From the NCBI GenBank assembly GCA_963675595.2, contig CAXXLZ010000001.1, positions 640,001-704,000 of the forward strand: DNA of 64,000 bases, read 5' to 3'. The translations under genes and the position numbers were made by a program. The stretch is from Thermodesulfobacteriota bacterium (GTDB lineage Bacteria; Desulfobacterota; Desulfarculia; JACQYL01). Positions 7,601 to 16,439 of this stretch are shown one piece after another. The notes below the pieces were generated by a model. It saw only the letters and a program-made list of their open reading frames with translations. It had not been told where the DNA came from and did not search any database. Position 1 is the first letter of the stretch. Each line of letters begins with the position of its first letter.

Positions 7601-10095
7601 ATGCACAGCGTGCTCTTGATGGCCGCGACGGTGACTTCTTCGCCGCTCAACACCTGGATCACGCCGGCGCTCTTCCGTGTGACGAGGGCCATGTCCGCGA
7701 AACTTTTCTCCGTGATGCCGAGCATGACCACGTGATGGGCTTCAAGGTCCTTGGCGAACTGAACCATGTCCGCCGTGGTGGAGGACCAGCTCAGGAGCAC
7801 CACCAGATCCTGTTCGGGCACAATGGCCGCGGGGATGTTTTCGATTTCAATGGGCCGCAGCACCAAGATCTCCTGGTCCGGCAGACGGGATTGTAGAAAG
7901 TCCCGGGCCATGAGGCCCGTATTGTGGGCGCTTCCCATGCCCACCAGCAGGATGCGCTTGAGGCTCGTGAGGCGTTGCCCGAAACGACGGTGCAGAAGTC
8001 GGTGCCGGAGTTCGAAATGCGGCGGACCTTGTTCGTCGCGGGCGTAACTCTGAATAATCCCTTCCAGCCGTTCGGGGATTTCATGGAGATGGCTTTCGTA
8101 GAAGGAGCGAAACAGGTCTTTTCGTGTGCGCAAGGGATTCAACACGGTTCGGAAGGGTTTGACGTCCGGTCGGTGATTTCCTTGAAAATCGGTAATCCGC
8201 GCATTGCGGCGAAAACGACCTTTTTCAAAACCGGCTTCGATTCGAGCGAAGATTTCTTCTCCTTCCAGAGGGTATACGACAATCTCGAAGGCCTTGAGGA
8301 TTGCCGACTCCGTGTCCCGGTATTTCTTCTCACACGCTTCGAGGGCCGCCTTGTCGGCCCCGGACTCCTCCAGCTCCCTCAAGGCCTTTCGATACTCGTG
8401 ATGCGCCTGTCTCAGCGCCACGGCTTTCTTGTGGATCAGCCGCTGAGGGAACAGTCCCACGGCCGCATTGATATCCGAAACCACCATGAAATCGTTGCCG
8501 TCCGCGCGTTGCACCACCAGCGCGGGTCGGTTGTGCACGGCTACGTATAGGCGGCGAGGTGATTGCAGGCTGATGCCAGCCGCGGCGACCTGGCCTCCGT
8601 CACCCACCATGCGCCGCGCCGCTTCGAGGAAAGCCTGCTCGTCCAGATCGCTCGGGGATTTATCCTTGATTTCCCGATAGACTCTGTGGTCGATGGTCTG
8701 GCTTCCGATGGTGTAGTCCTGCAAGGCCGCGTCCACCTGGGTATCAATGGCTTGGTAGCGTTCTTTCTCCTCTTGCAGCAATTTTGCGTAATGACCCCAA
8801 AGCAGAGCCAGGTATTCGGAAGAGTTCCCGCTGCGGAAGGTATGGCCGCACACCCTTTCGAGAAAGTCGTGGACTTCGGTCTCCACTCTGGTGCTGAACT
8901 GGCCGTTGAGCACGATGGACCTCAGTCCCGATGCATCGGAAAAGGGATGCGCATTCCGGAGGTTCACGGGCGACTGCAAAGCCCAGCGTCCATGGGCGAT
9001 AAGCGGTGTGGAGAGATAGTGCAGCCAAACAGGGTGGGTTTCTCCCGAGGCCGGTTGCCCGGAAAGAGCGGCCACGGCGGGAGCGTTCTTCATCAGGTCC
9101 GGCAGAATCACCTTTTGATGGAGATGGATAAAGGCCGATGCAGCAGCCCAGCCGTATACATTGATGCTCTTCTCCGCACTGTACAGGGTCTGCCAGTCGA
9201 GGGAACGATGTTGGGCCGCCCCTTTCCACACGCTCTCCAGAATTTGCTGAAGTTCCCCGCGGAGTTCCGGCTGAAAAGGCAATCGACACAAAAGCGCGGC
9301 GTCCAGAAGCCGAAAGACGCCGCGAACGCCGTCCCGATCATAGTCTTCAGGCACATGGAAATGGGTGTCCCTCAAAAGGTCCCATAGATTTTCCTCAATG
9401 GCGGGGCTGCTCGCGAAGTACTCGCTTTCGAAGCGACCGGGGGTCGATCTCATTTCGTCCACCGAGGTTTCGAAAAGTCGGTCGAAGGCCTTGAGGACTT
9501 CCAGGGGGTCTTCGCTGATCCGTCCTTCGTCTCGCCAATGGGATAACGTTTTCGAGAGGGCGCTTCCGAGAAGGGTCTGGATGGCCAGAAAGGGGAGATC
9601 ATAGTGATTGATCAGGTAACGAATGAGTTCCCTGAACTGCTCTCGGTCGCGCACCGAAAATCCCGGGGCGTGTTCGATTCTTCCCGGTCTTCCGGGTGCC
9701 AGCGTTCTTGGAGGACGGACATCCAGATCCAGCAGATCGTCCAATGTATCGTACTTGGTTTTGCCCTCCACGCGGGTATCCAGGGGCTCGGTGGAAAAGC
9801 CTTGGAAAGCTAGGAGTCGTCGTTGACGTTCCACAAGGTCTTCGATACCGCATTCGGGGCTCCAAAGCTTCATCAGGTCGAGGCCGGCATTGGGATATGC
9901 CTCTTGTTCGGTCAGCGTGGTAATCAGCGAGGTGACCGTGCCCAAAGCCTTTCGAGCTCGAAGGGGCTCCCGATCGTCTCCGAAAAAACCGATGCCCGTG
10001 CTGTCCGGGGCTCGATACACAATGGCCGACATGGCGGTGAGAGGGCGAGTGAGATTGTTTCCCGTGGTTCCGAAATACGCAACGATGCCGCACAT
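4621..10095 (-). CDS. Giant GlmS-like protein (class II glutamine amidotransferase plus multiple SIS domains), 1824 aa
   Basis: N-terminal MCGIV, YRAPDSTG, IAHGRW, NAHPF, LNG; SIS motifs LSWSSTTAD and GEEVTVAAIKS; internal PRNRSKSVTV; a further GETAYGPLVTVD motif. Confidence 0.85.
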   Translation of the reverse strand: MCGIVAYFGTTGNNLTRPLTAMSAIVYRAPDSTGIGFFGDDREPLRARKALGTVTSLITTLTEQEAYPNAGLDLMKLWSPECGIEDLVERQRRLLAFQGFSTEPLDTRVEGKTKYDTLDDLLDLDVRPPRTLAPGRPGRIEHAPGFSVRDREQFRELIRYLINHYDLPFLAIQTLLGSALSKTLSHWRDEGRISEDPLEVLKAFDRLFETSVDEMRSTPGRFESEYFASSPAIEENLWDLLRDTHFHVPEDYDRDGVRGVFRLLDAALLCRLPFQPELRGELQQILESVWKGAAQHRSLDWQTLYSAEKSINVYGWAAASAFIHLHQKVILPDLMKNAPAVAALSGQPASGETHPVWLHYLSTPLIAHGRWALQSPVNLRNAHPFSDASGLRSIVLNGQFSTRVETEVHDFLERVCGHTFRSGNSSEYLALLWGHYAKLLQEEKERYQAIDTQVDAALQDYTIGSQTIDHRVYREIKDKSPSDLDEQAFLEAARRMVGDGGQVAAAGISLQSPRRLYVAVHNRPALVVQRADGNDFMVVSDINAAVGLFPQRLIHKKAVALRQAHHEYRKALRELEESGADKAALEACEKKYRDTESAILKAFEIVVYPLEGEEIFARIEAGFEKGRFRRNARITDFQGNHRPDVKPFRTVLNPLRTRKDLFRSFYESHLHEIPERLEGIIQSYARDEQGPPHFELRHRLLHRRFGQRLTSLKRILLVGMGSAHNTGLMARDFLQSRLPDQEILVLRPIEIENIPAAIVPEQDLVVLLSWSSTTADMVQFAKDLEAHHVVMLGITEKSFADMALVTRKSAGVIQVLSGEEVTVAAIKSTLCMLMCVELLGLWLMSRLGKTEEAVASLDKLRRMPEVLANILEDPSTEEFSKELASRSAKSTVCLVFDALESTAAGHEIAGKLQDNSWYALGKCLDYRDLWIHEGPKDMNRELVLVNATHQGRLREALNVMKRLYMGDVPFAAVSYEHPEQDEVCYFSKDLCLNLPKLDDDLQPFADLMFYYRFAYLYGLAHGRTAEDAPRNRSKSVTVTRSRPKRIPSPSEELRRLVELVPKTEPGTQLEPLSRETLWEREASFEVEKRYYREMRRLADLVSRKELSGTIFQSPSQSLTKLNKAVFEDLPEEGGEVVFVSLDRSAHAAAKNLVSRWGRFLRYFLRVAPGGESLSHFKEDTILIFIATRPPEESVLAKLREQIFVPCLWFGPEIPEEFAQFFHASLGCFIMPPAEGLTENDLLYAGLSCLIVSSWRDKRPEKARIVEEHFAQCGRAVQAILNDDALRRAALDAMAENRDYPSAYFSVPPGGTGLAWVVRFDELGCLPLEQHCYGETAYGPLVTVDPRVDKKFVALLPVSEMISQYGEERVSEWERRYLGDLGIDAFLEQPTADLSCRIEKPFFAEGRWYLPALRPGYDAAEDTLIIIDAAVHRRFDRALDELATYGVRYARMLIVSQRAFFQEQQKSLACQPMDRLLLLPTLEGYTDEAVPIPEILLPFAMNLLAVQLCAGAAKARDLPFEPVSRDAVFLRCFGPLGDLINRDRLDLDYFHSRLIEPLRHLTPVMHSLEGTGRYSVLEIRDEDRLHRLADQGLLYNPDTTVEHFRAQQSLAPPFFLVRPNRETFDARILEAASQTFQGDDWNMWHEAHGDTWDVLYHRTPDIRDDGLLESLLLLPFAGASWEDGGRLYHVSPRYFEWDHAQSMAEQLHISSLALGLETNDETPLGARYREIVGRFNDGMTAQGHVWDDRLFTLVKRSLLFRKSSRVTVDLLLERVQTLLDDLAQRRPATTVQTIAVALETSWPELQGQEDLNDAERWEALRGMLG

Positions 10096-10422
10096 GAAAA
10101 CGCTCCGGTGTGGGTGTCGGTCGGGCGCCGTCCCGCCTTGATCCGGGACGCCCCTATGAAGCGACGGAATGGGCTCGCGGGTTCGAACGCGGGCCCTCGC
10201 TTCCGCTTATAAAGGCTGAAGAAAGGTTTGGGAACCCCTTTTTCGAACGGGTCTCCTGAATGCCTCTTTAGCGGATTCTCTTTTCAAGGATTTGTGAGTC
10301 CTCGTTGATTTTAATCCCCGGTCGCGACTATCCTTATTGGGTCGGCTCGAGCAACTCTCCACCACCTTACTCTTCCAACATCCGCGTGCTCCGGGCGGCA
10401 GGCTCGGGAAAGGAGCGACCCC

Positions 10423-11070
10423 ATGATCTCAGTGCTGGGTATCTGCGGCAGTCCGGTAAAGGACTCCAATACGGAAGTGCTGCTCAAAACGGCTCTCGAT
10501 TCGGTTCAAGCGGACGACGTGCAAACGGATTTGTTCACCCTTCATGGAAAGACCGTGCAGAGTTGTATCCATTGTAACTGGTGCATGTTCAAACAGGAAG
10601 AGGGGCGTTGCTGCAAAATCGAGGACGACATGGGGCTGCTGTATCCCAAGCTGCTCCAGGCCGACGTGATCCTCGTCGCCACGCCCGTGTACATCGGCAG
10701 GATGTCGGGCCATCTGGCCTGCGTGTTGGATCGCATGCGCGCCGTCGACTACGGCAGAGTCTACAAATCATCGCTGAAGTACAAGGTGGGTGGAGGCATC
10801 GCCGTAAGCTGGTACCGTCATTCCGGCATCGAAACCACCCTCAACAGCCTGATTTGGGCTTTCCTTACCTGGAAAATGATTCCCGCAGTCCCGGGGTCTT
10901 CCTCCACTTTCGGAGGGGCTGCGGTGAGCAGTATCGGTGGCACGGGCCAATTCGACCCCAAAGACCGGCATCAGGTATTGAAAGACGACTACGGCCTGGA
11001 CTCGGCCAAATCCACCGCCGCGTCCGCGGTGGAACTGGCGCGGATCGTCCGGCGCGGCTTGGAAGGATGA
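10423..11070 (+). CDS. Iron-sulfur flavoprotein / NADPH-dependent FMN reductase family (flavodoxin-like)
   Basis: GSPVKDSNT FMN loop, CIHCNWC...C cluster motif, ATPVY; RBS AAGGAG. Confidence 0.9.
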   Translation: MISVLGICGSPVKDSNTEVLLKTALDSVQADDVQTDLFTLHGKTVQSCIHCNWCMFKQEEGRCCKIEDDMGLLYPKLLQADVILVATPVYIGRMSGHLACVLDRMRAVDYGRVYKSSLKYKVGGGIAVSWYRHSGIETTLNSLIWAFLTWKMIPAVPGSSSTFGGAAVSSIGGTGQFDPKDRHQVLKDDYGLDSAKSTAASAVELARIVRRGLEG

Positions 11071-11468
11071 AGAGGGGGGCCTCGCCGCTTTCGGCGGAGG
11101 GGCTGCGGGTGGAATCGATTTCCACACGTGCAATAATAGGTTGAGAGAGCTGTGTGAATCACTTTCGTAGGCTCCTGTGATCCGCCGACCATCGTCCGGG
11201 GGAAGGTTTTGTGGAGACGCGGGACCGGGAGGTCATGTTCAATTTCGCGGAAGAGTCGCCGTCGTAATGTATCGCCCTTCCTCATATCTATGAGGGTTTA
11301 CAGATTCACGCTGCCTTCGCTTGACAAAGCTCGCCGAAAACTAGAGTTTGGAGCGTATGGGGAGAATCGGGCGGGGCGGTTCAGGAATTTCCGCCTTTAG
11401 CCGATTCCCTTGTATGTTCTGAGAATGATCACACCGGTTTCTTCCGAAGGCCGGTGGGAAGGTTTTGC

Positions 11469-13220
11469 ATGACACGAGTTTTTCTGATCTTTTTCCTGGT
11501 AATGACGGCAGCGACACCGGCCGGGGCGGTGTTGTGGCCCGAATTGGTGTTGGAACCGGCGGTGGGGGGGCTCAGCTCTCCGGTGTACGTCACCCACGCC
11601 GGGGACGGGAGCGGACGCCTGTTCGTGGTGGAGCAGGAGGGCAAAATCCGGATCGCCAAAGACGGGCAGGTCGCGGCTTCGTCGTTTCTGGATATCACCG
11701 ACCGGGTATTGTACGGGGGAGAGCGAGGGTTGCTCAGCGCGGCGTTCCCTCCGTCTTTTGGGGAAAGCGGCCGTTTCTACGTGTATTACACCGCCCAAGA
11801 TGGGAACAACGTGGTGGCTCGGTTCCATGTTTCAGCAGAGGATACGGACGCGGCGGACCCGGAGAGTGAAGAGATCGTTCTGATCCTCGAACACCCGGAT
11901 CATGAGAATCACAACGGCGGTCAGCTCGCCTTCAGCCCTATGGACGGATATCTTTACATCGGAACCGGAGACGGGGGAGGAGGGGGCGATCCGGAAGGCA
12001 ACGCCCAAAATCTGCAATCCTTGTTGGGAAAGATACTCCGCATCGACCCCGAGTCCGCGGAATCCGGATACCTGATTCCCGCCGATAATCCCTTTACCGA
12101 GGACTCGGACCCTTCGGATTCGGCGCGCGACGAAATCTGGGCTTACGGATTGCGCAACCCGTGGCGGTTCTCCTTCGATCGATTGACCGGGGACCTTTAC
12201 ATCGGCGATGTGGGGCAGAACCGAATGGAAGAAGTGGACTTCCAGCCGGCGGAAGGGACGGGTGGAGACAACTATGGTTGGAACCTGCTGGAAGGAAGTC
12301 TGTGTTATCCTTCCGGTGAGGCTCCGCCCGCCTGCGAACCGCCGGCCGGCTATGCGGCTCCCGTGGTCGAGTACGGCCGGTCCGACGGGCAAGCCGTCAC
12401 CGGCGGATTCGTGTACCGGGGACCCGCACGGAGGAACATGGAAGGCGTTTACTTTTTCGCGGATTATGTTTCAGGCAGGCTCTGGGGGCTTCAACGGAAT
12501 CAGGACGCATGGTCCTTACGTCTTCTTTTCGTGGTCCCTTTTCACATTTCCACCTTCGGAGAAGACGAGTTCGGTAACCTGTACGTTGCGGACTATCAGG
12601 GGGGAACCCTCTATCAACTCACCTCTCGTGAGTATCCGGACGGGATTTTCAAACCCGACGACCAATCCGTCAACGCCTATGTCCAGACCTATACCACGGG
12701 TTCCGTTCTAGTGATTCTGACCTGGGACCTCAATGCTTGGTACGCCTTTCTCGACGAAGACTGGACCGACGGCATCCAGGATCAGGTCGACCTGGCGGGC
12801 CTGGGGCAGCGGTTGAGCATGGAATTTTCGGAAACCTGGCGCGCTCAGATGACGCTGACCTCAGTCGACGGAGACGTACACACTTGGAGCCTGACCAAGC
12901 GGTTTCGTGCTCCGGAACCCGGAAGCCAAGTGGACGGGATTTACAAACTCAGCGACGATTCCATGAACATCTTCCTTCAAACCTACGAACAAGGCTCCGC
13001 TGTGGCGGTGGTCACGCCCGATCTGGATTCGTGGTACGCCTTCGTGGTACCGGACTGGAGCGAAGGGATCGAGAACGTGGTCGACCTGTCGGGGGCGGGG
13101 CATCATCTCACCATGAACTTCACCGCAGCCAATCGGGCGTCGGGAGTGTTCTCCTACGCAGACGGCATTTCCGTCTTCTGGAGCCTTATCAGGAAGTTCA
13201 AAGCGCCGGATGTCCAATAA
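11469..13220 (+). CDS. Glucose/sorbosone dehydrogenase family (PQQ-type beta-propeller) with two C-terminal repeat domains
   Basis: Signal peptide; GERGLL, NHNGGQLAF, GDGG, GKILRID, GLRNPWRFSFD, DVGQ, NYGW motifs. Confidence 0.9.
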   Translation: MTRVFLIFFLVMTAATPAGAVLWPELVLEPAVGGLSSPVYVTHAGDGSGRLFVVEQEGKIRIAKDGQVAASSFLDITDRVLYGGERGLLSAAFPPSFGESGRFYVYYTAQDGNNVVARFHVSAEDTDAADPESEEIVLILEHPDHENHNGGQLAFSPMDGYLYIGTGDGGGGGDPEGNAQNLQSLLGKILRIDPESAESGYLIPADNPFTEDSDPSDSARDEIWAYGLRNPWRFSFDRLTGDLYIGDVGQNRMEEVDFQPAEGTGGDNYGWNLLEGSLCYPSGEAPPACEPPAGYAAPVVEYGRSDGQAVTGGFVYRGPARRNMEGVYFFADYVSGRLWGLQRNQDAWSLRLLFVVPFHISTFGEDEFGNLYVADYQGGTLYQLTSREYPDGIFKPDDQSVNAYVQTYTTGSVLVILTWDLNAWYAFLDEDWTDGIQDQVDLAGLGQRLSMEFSETWRAQMTLTSVDGDVHTWSLTKRFRAPEPGSQVDGIYKLSDDSMNIFLQTYEQGSAVAVVTPDLDSWYAFVVPDWSEGIENVVDLSGAGHHLTMNFTAANRASGVFSYADGISVFWSLIRKFKAPDVQ

Positions 13221-13249
13221 AGGGCCGGGATGAGGAGGCTTGAAAACGG

Positions 13250-13330
13250 ATGGGGGAAACTTATGAAAAAGTTTCCCCCATGCCCCTTTCAAAACTTCCT
13301 TGGCAGGCCTCACCGCCTCCGGCGAAGAGG
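13250..13330 (-). repeat. REP-like palindromic repeat, copy 3
   Basis: Reverse complement AGGCGGTGAGGCCTG...AAGTTTTGAAAGGGGCATGGGGGAAACTT-TTTCAT-AAGTTTCCCCCAT; lies between convergent genes. Confidence 0.7.
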
Positions 13331-13404
13331 CTCACGAGCAAATGGGCCCCTCGCTCAGACAGGAGCTTTCGTCCAAAGTGACGGACAGCCTGAAACCGTC
13401 GGGA

Positions 13405-13758
13405 TCAGACGTAGGGGTGGGTGCCCAGGATGACGGGCACGCCCGTCTTTTCTTCGATGATCTTGGCTTTCTCTTCCGCCGTAGAGTAGGGACAGTCGGG
13501 TTTGGCCTTGGCCATGCAGTTGCTCATATAGATGGCGTCGGGCTTGACTTCCGACAGTTTGATGGTCATGCCCACGTTGGGCGCGGCGGCCCTGCCCGGG
13601 CACTCACATTTTATGAATCCCGCCACCATGGAAGGCTCTTCGAAGGTCCCTTCTCCCAGTCCCGCCGCCTTGAGACAACGCCATTCGCCGGGGCAGCCGT
13701 AGCCGCTGTCCATGTAAGACCCACAGCCGATAATCATTACTTTCTTCATGGCCTGCAT
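13405..13758 (-). CDS. CGGC domain protein (small Cys-rich metal-binding protein)
   Basis: IIGC...CPG..RC...CECPGR...SNC...CP...VILGTH pattern; RBS AGGAGG. Confidence 0.8.
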   Translation of the reverse strand: MQAMKKVMIIGCGSYMDSGYGCPGEWRCLKAAGLGEGTFEEPSMVAGFIKCECPGRAAAPNVGMTIKLSEVKPDAIYMSNCMAKAKPDCPYSTAEEKAKIIEEKTGVPVILGTHPYV

Positions 13759-13899
13759 CCTCCTGCTGTGTTTGGTTTGGAATCGGACAGGTCGAGTATC
13801 GCCTCAACCCACATGAAAGTCCAAAAGAAAAGAGAGTTCGTTGTTTCGAACGGGATGACCGGGCATCAAGGCCGCTCAGGATTTTCCCGCACGCCGCGA

Positions 13900-14769
13900 T
13901 CAGGGTAATTGCTCCAGCCGATCCCTCACCTGGTCCCAAAGGGCGCGGACTCGCGCCGCCGATGGACAATCGTCGTCTTCCACCACCGTCTTTCCTTGCA
14001 CCATGGCGAGGGTGAAGGCTTTGTCGAATGGAAGCTCAGCCAGGGTTTCCACCTGGAGTGTTTCGGCCATGTTCCGGATTTCCGTGCACATGGGAGGATT
14101 CAGGTCCGATTTGTTGATGACCAGAAAGGCCGGTACTTTGAAATGTTGCGCCAGTTCGGCCACCCGCCGCAGGTCGTGACGCCCGGAAACCGTGGGTTCG
14201 GTAACGATGAGCACGGCAGTGGTTCCTCCCAGGGACGCGATGACCGGACAACCGATGCCCGGAGGGCCATCGGTGATGAGGAGTTCACGAGATTGGCGTT
14301 CCACCAGCTTGGCCGCCTCCGTTCGGACCAGGGTAACGAGTTTGCCCGAATTTTCTTCCGCGATGCCCAACCGGGCATGCACCAGGGGACCGAAACGAGT
14401 ATCGGAGATGTACCATTCGCCGCAGACTGTGGGGGGGAAATCGATGGCGTTCTCCGGGCACAGGGAGACGCACACGCCGCACCCCTCACAGGTCAAGGGA
14501 TCGACCCGGAAGGAGTCGTCGATGGCGTTCCACTGGCACAGCTCGACGCAGGTGCCGCACGAGGTGCAGGCGTCGCGTCGAATGTAGGCCTTTCCTCCTC
14601 CGATGAACTCGCGACGCTCCAACACGTCGGGTTTCAGCAGGAGATGCAGGTCTGCGGCGTCCACGTCCGCGTCGCAGAACACCGCGTTTTTCGCGAGGGC
14701 TGCGAAGGCACCCACAATGCTGGTCTTGCCGGTTCCGCCTTTTCCACTCAGGATCACGAGTTCTTTCAT
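13900..14769 (-). CDS. MinD-superfamily P-loop ATPase with inserted 2x[4Fe-4S] ferredoxin
   Basis: MKELVILSGKGGTGKT, DADVDAADL, CTSCGTCVELC, CEGCGVCVSLC, DGPPGIGCP, VTEPT; ATG overlaps the upstream stop. Confidence 0.9.
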   Translation of the reverse strand: MKELVILSGKGGTGKTSIVGAFAALAKNAVFCDADVDAADLHLLLKPDVLERREFIGGGKAYIRRDACTSCGTCVELCQWNAIDDSFRVDPLTCEGCGVCVSLCPENAIDFPPTVCGEWYISDTRFGPLVHARLGIAEENSGKLVTLVRTEAAKLVERQSRELLITDGPPGIGCPVIASLGGTTAVLIVTEPTVSGRHDLRRVAELAQHFKVPAFLVINKSDLNPPMCTEIRNMAETLQVETLAELPFDKAFTLAMVQGKTVVEDDDCPSAARVRALWDQVRDRLEQLP

Positions 14770-15629
14770 AGCCCGGCGCCCTCCCTCCGCTGTCGTTCCG
14801 ATTGCGAAACCACCGTGTCCCAAAGCCGTGCAAAGCGCTCTTTCCATTCCGGGAAGGCTTCCACAATGAGTTCGCCGCGTGAATAGACTTCGGCCAGTGC
14901 CCGGTCAAAGGGAATCTCCATCAGGATGGGAACATCTTGGTTCCGGGCGTAATCCCACACGTCTCGATTGCCCAAGTCCGAACGGTTGATGATCAGGCCG
15001 TGGGGAACGCCCAGCACACGCACCGCCTCCACCGCGAGTTCCAGGTCGTGGAGACCGAAAGGAGTCGGTTCCGTGACCAGGAGAACGAAGTCGGTGTCTC
15101 GGATGGCCGCGATCATGGGACAGGAGGTGCCGGGTGGTGCGTCGATGATCACGTCGCCGTCGGGCTTTGCCAGGCTCCGGACCTTGCGAATCAAGGGAGG
15201 AGCCATGGCTTCTCCGATTCGGAGTCTGCCGTGGACCAGCTCGATACCGTTCCTACGTCCCACTTCCAACGTACCCAATTCGCGTTGGTCTTCCCGGATC
15301 GCACCGGTGGGACAAACGACTTGGCAGCCTTTGCAGCTGTGGCACAGACTTGAAAAGGTAAGAGTGGTGTCTTTCAGGATGACCAAAGCGCGAAAGCGAC
15401 AAATATCGGCGCACATCCCGCAGAAAGTACACTTGGATTCGTCGATCTGAGGCACAAAGGTGGTCATTGTCTCGGAAATCGACCATTCGGGATTCAAGAA
15501 AAGGTGGCAGTTGGGTTCTTCCACGTCGCAATCGAGCAACTGGACTGCTCTATCCAGGGAAGCGGCTAAGTTCGTGCTCACCGTGGTCTTGCCGGTACCG
15601 CCTTTGCCGCTGGCTACGCTGATGATCAT
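14766..15629 (-). CDS. MinD-superfamily P-loop ATPase with inserted ferredoxin (paralog)
   Basis: SGKGGTGKT, DCDVEEPN, CTFCGMCADIC, CHSCKGCQVVC, DAPPGTSCP, VTEPTPFG. Confidence 0.9.
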   Translation of the reverse strand: MIISVASGKGGTGKTTVSTNLAASLDRAVQLLDCDVEEPNCHLFLNPEWSISETMTTFVPQIDESKCTFCGMCADICRFRALVILKDTTLTFSSLCHSCKGCQVVCPTGAIREDQRELGTLEVGRRNGIELVHGRLRIGEAMAPPLIRKVRSLAKPDGDVIIDAPPGTSCPMIAAIRDTDFVLLVTEPTPFGLHDLELAVEAVRVLGVPHGLIINRSDLGNRDVWDYARNQDVPILMEIPFDRALAEVYSRGELIVEAFPEWKERFARLWDTVVSQSERQRREGAGL

Positions 15630-15946
15630 AATGCGATGGACCTCACCTTCCGTTCATGGGGGAAATTTCGCCCCCTACAAGAATCTCTCTCTTGTGCCGG
15701 TAAACGAACCGCGCACGCGAGATTCTATGTCACCGGGCTTGGACAACCGCTCTCGGCATACCGCCGACGGCTCGCCCTCCCTCCGGTGACCGTAATCCCA
15801 AGTCATTGACTGATGATCGGATGGGCCGACAGGCTGCGGGAAACAATGGGATGCGGCGCGCAGGTTGTGACGAGCGAAGCGTATATCGGGCACACCGCAT
15901 TGAACAAAGATGGAGCGCCGCCCGCATCGCATCGTTCGGCACGCTG

Positions 15947-16150
15947 CTATCGGTTTCTCCCTCTTGTGCCTCCCACTCCCATCCGTTGCGTATCCGAGAC
16001 GCGGCCCCGGCCTGTTCCTCTTCCGTTGGCTCGGCCGGCGCAGCCTCCTTTTCCGGAGCCTATCGCATTTCCGCGACCGCAGCACGCACCTGCGCCCCGG
16101 CCGGAGCCGGGTCCCTTTCCTTGAGGACCGGTACCATCGAATCGTGGCAT
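15947..16150 (-). CDS. DUF5320-family small Gly/Arg-rich protein
   Basis: MPRFDGTGPQGKGPGSGRGAGAC signature; RBS AAGGAGGTG. Confidence 0.75.
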   Translation of the reverse strand: MPRFDGTGPQGKGPGSGRGAGACCGRGNAIGSGKGGCAGRANGRGTGRGRVSDTQRMGVGGTRGRNR

Positions 16151-16196
16151 ATGGTTCACCTCCTTCGGTTCGATTTCGCTCCCGGGCACTGCTTCT

Positions 16197-16212
16197 AGCA
16201 ATTTGCGCGCCG
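16197..16212 (-). promoter_or_regulatory. Sigma54 (-24/-12) promoter
   Basis: Minus strand CGGCGCGCAAATTGCT = GG-N10-GC with TTGC, about 45 nt upstream of the DUF5320 start. Confidence 0.6.
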
Positions 16213-16439
16213 GCGGAGAATATTCACGTGGATCGAAAGGGGAATTCCTTTGCCGGAAGGCGAAGAGCCTGCGGGGGGAAGGGGAGGCTCAGCGCAAAGA
16301 GGGATGTGAACATTGCAGGATGCACTGTGGACGGTTCTCGTGAATGCACATCACAGTTCCGGCGAGGTATTTTGAAGCGCGGACCATGTTTCGCCGTAAG
16401 GACGTGTGCCGGCCGGTGCACATCCGCCTCGGGAGCGCT

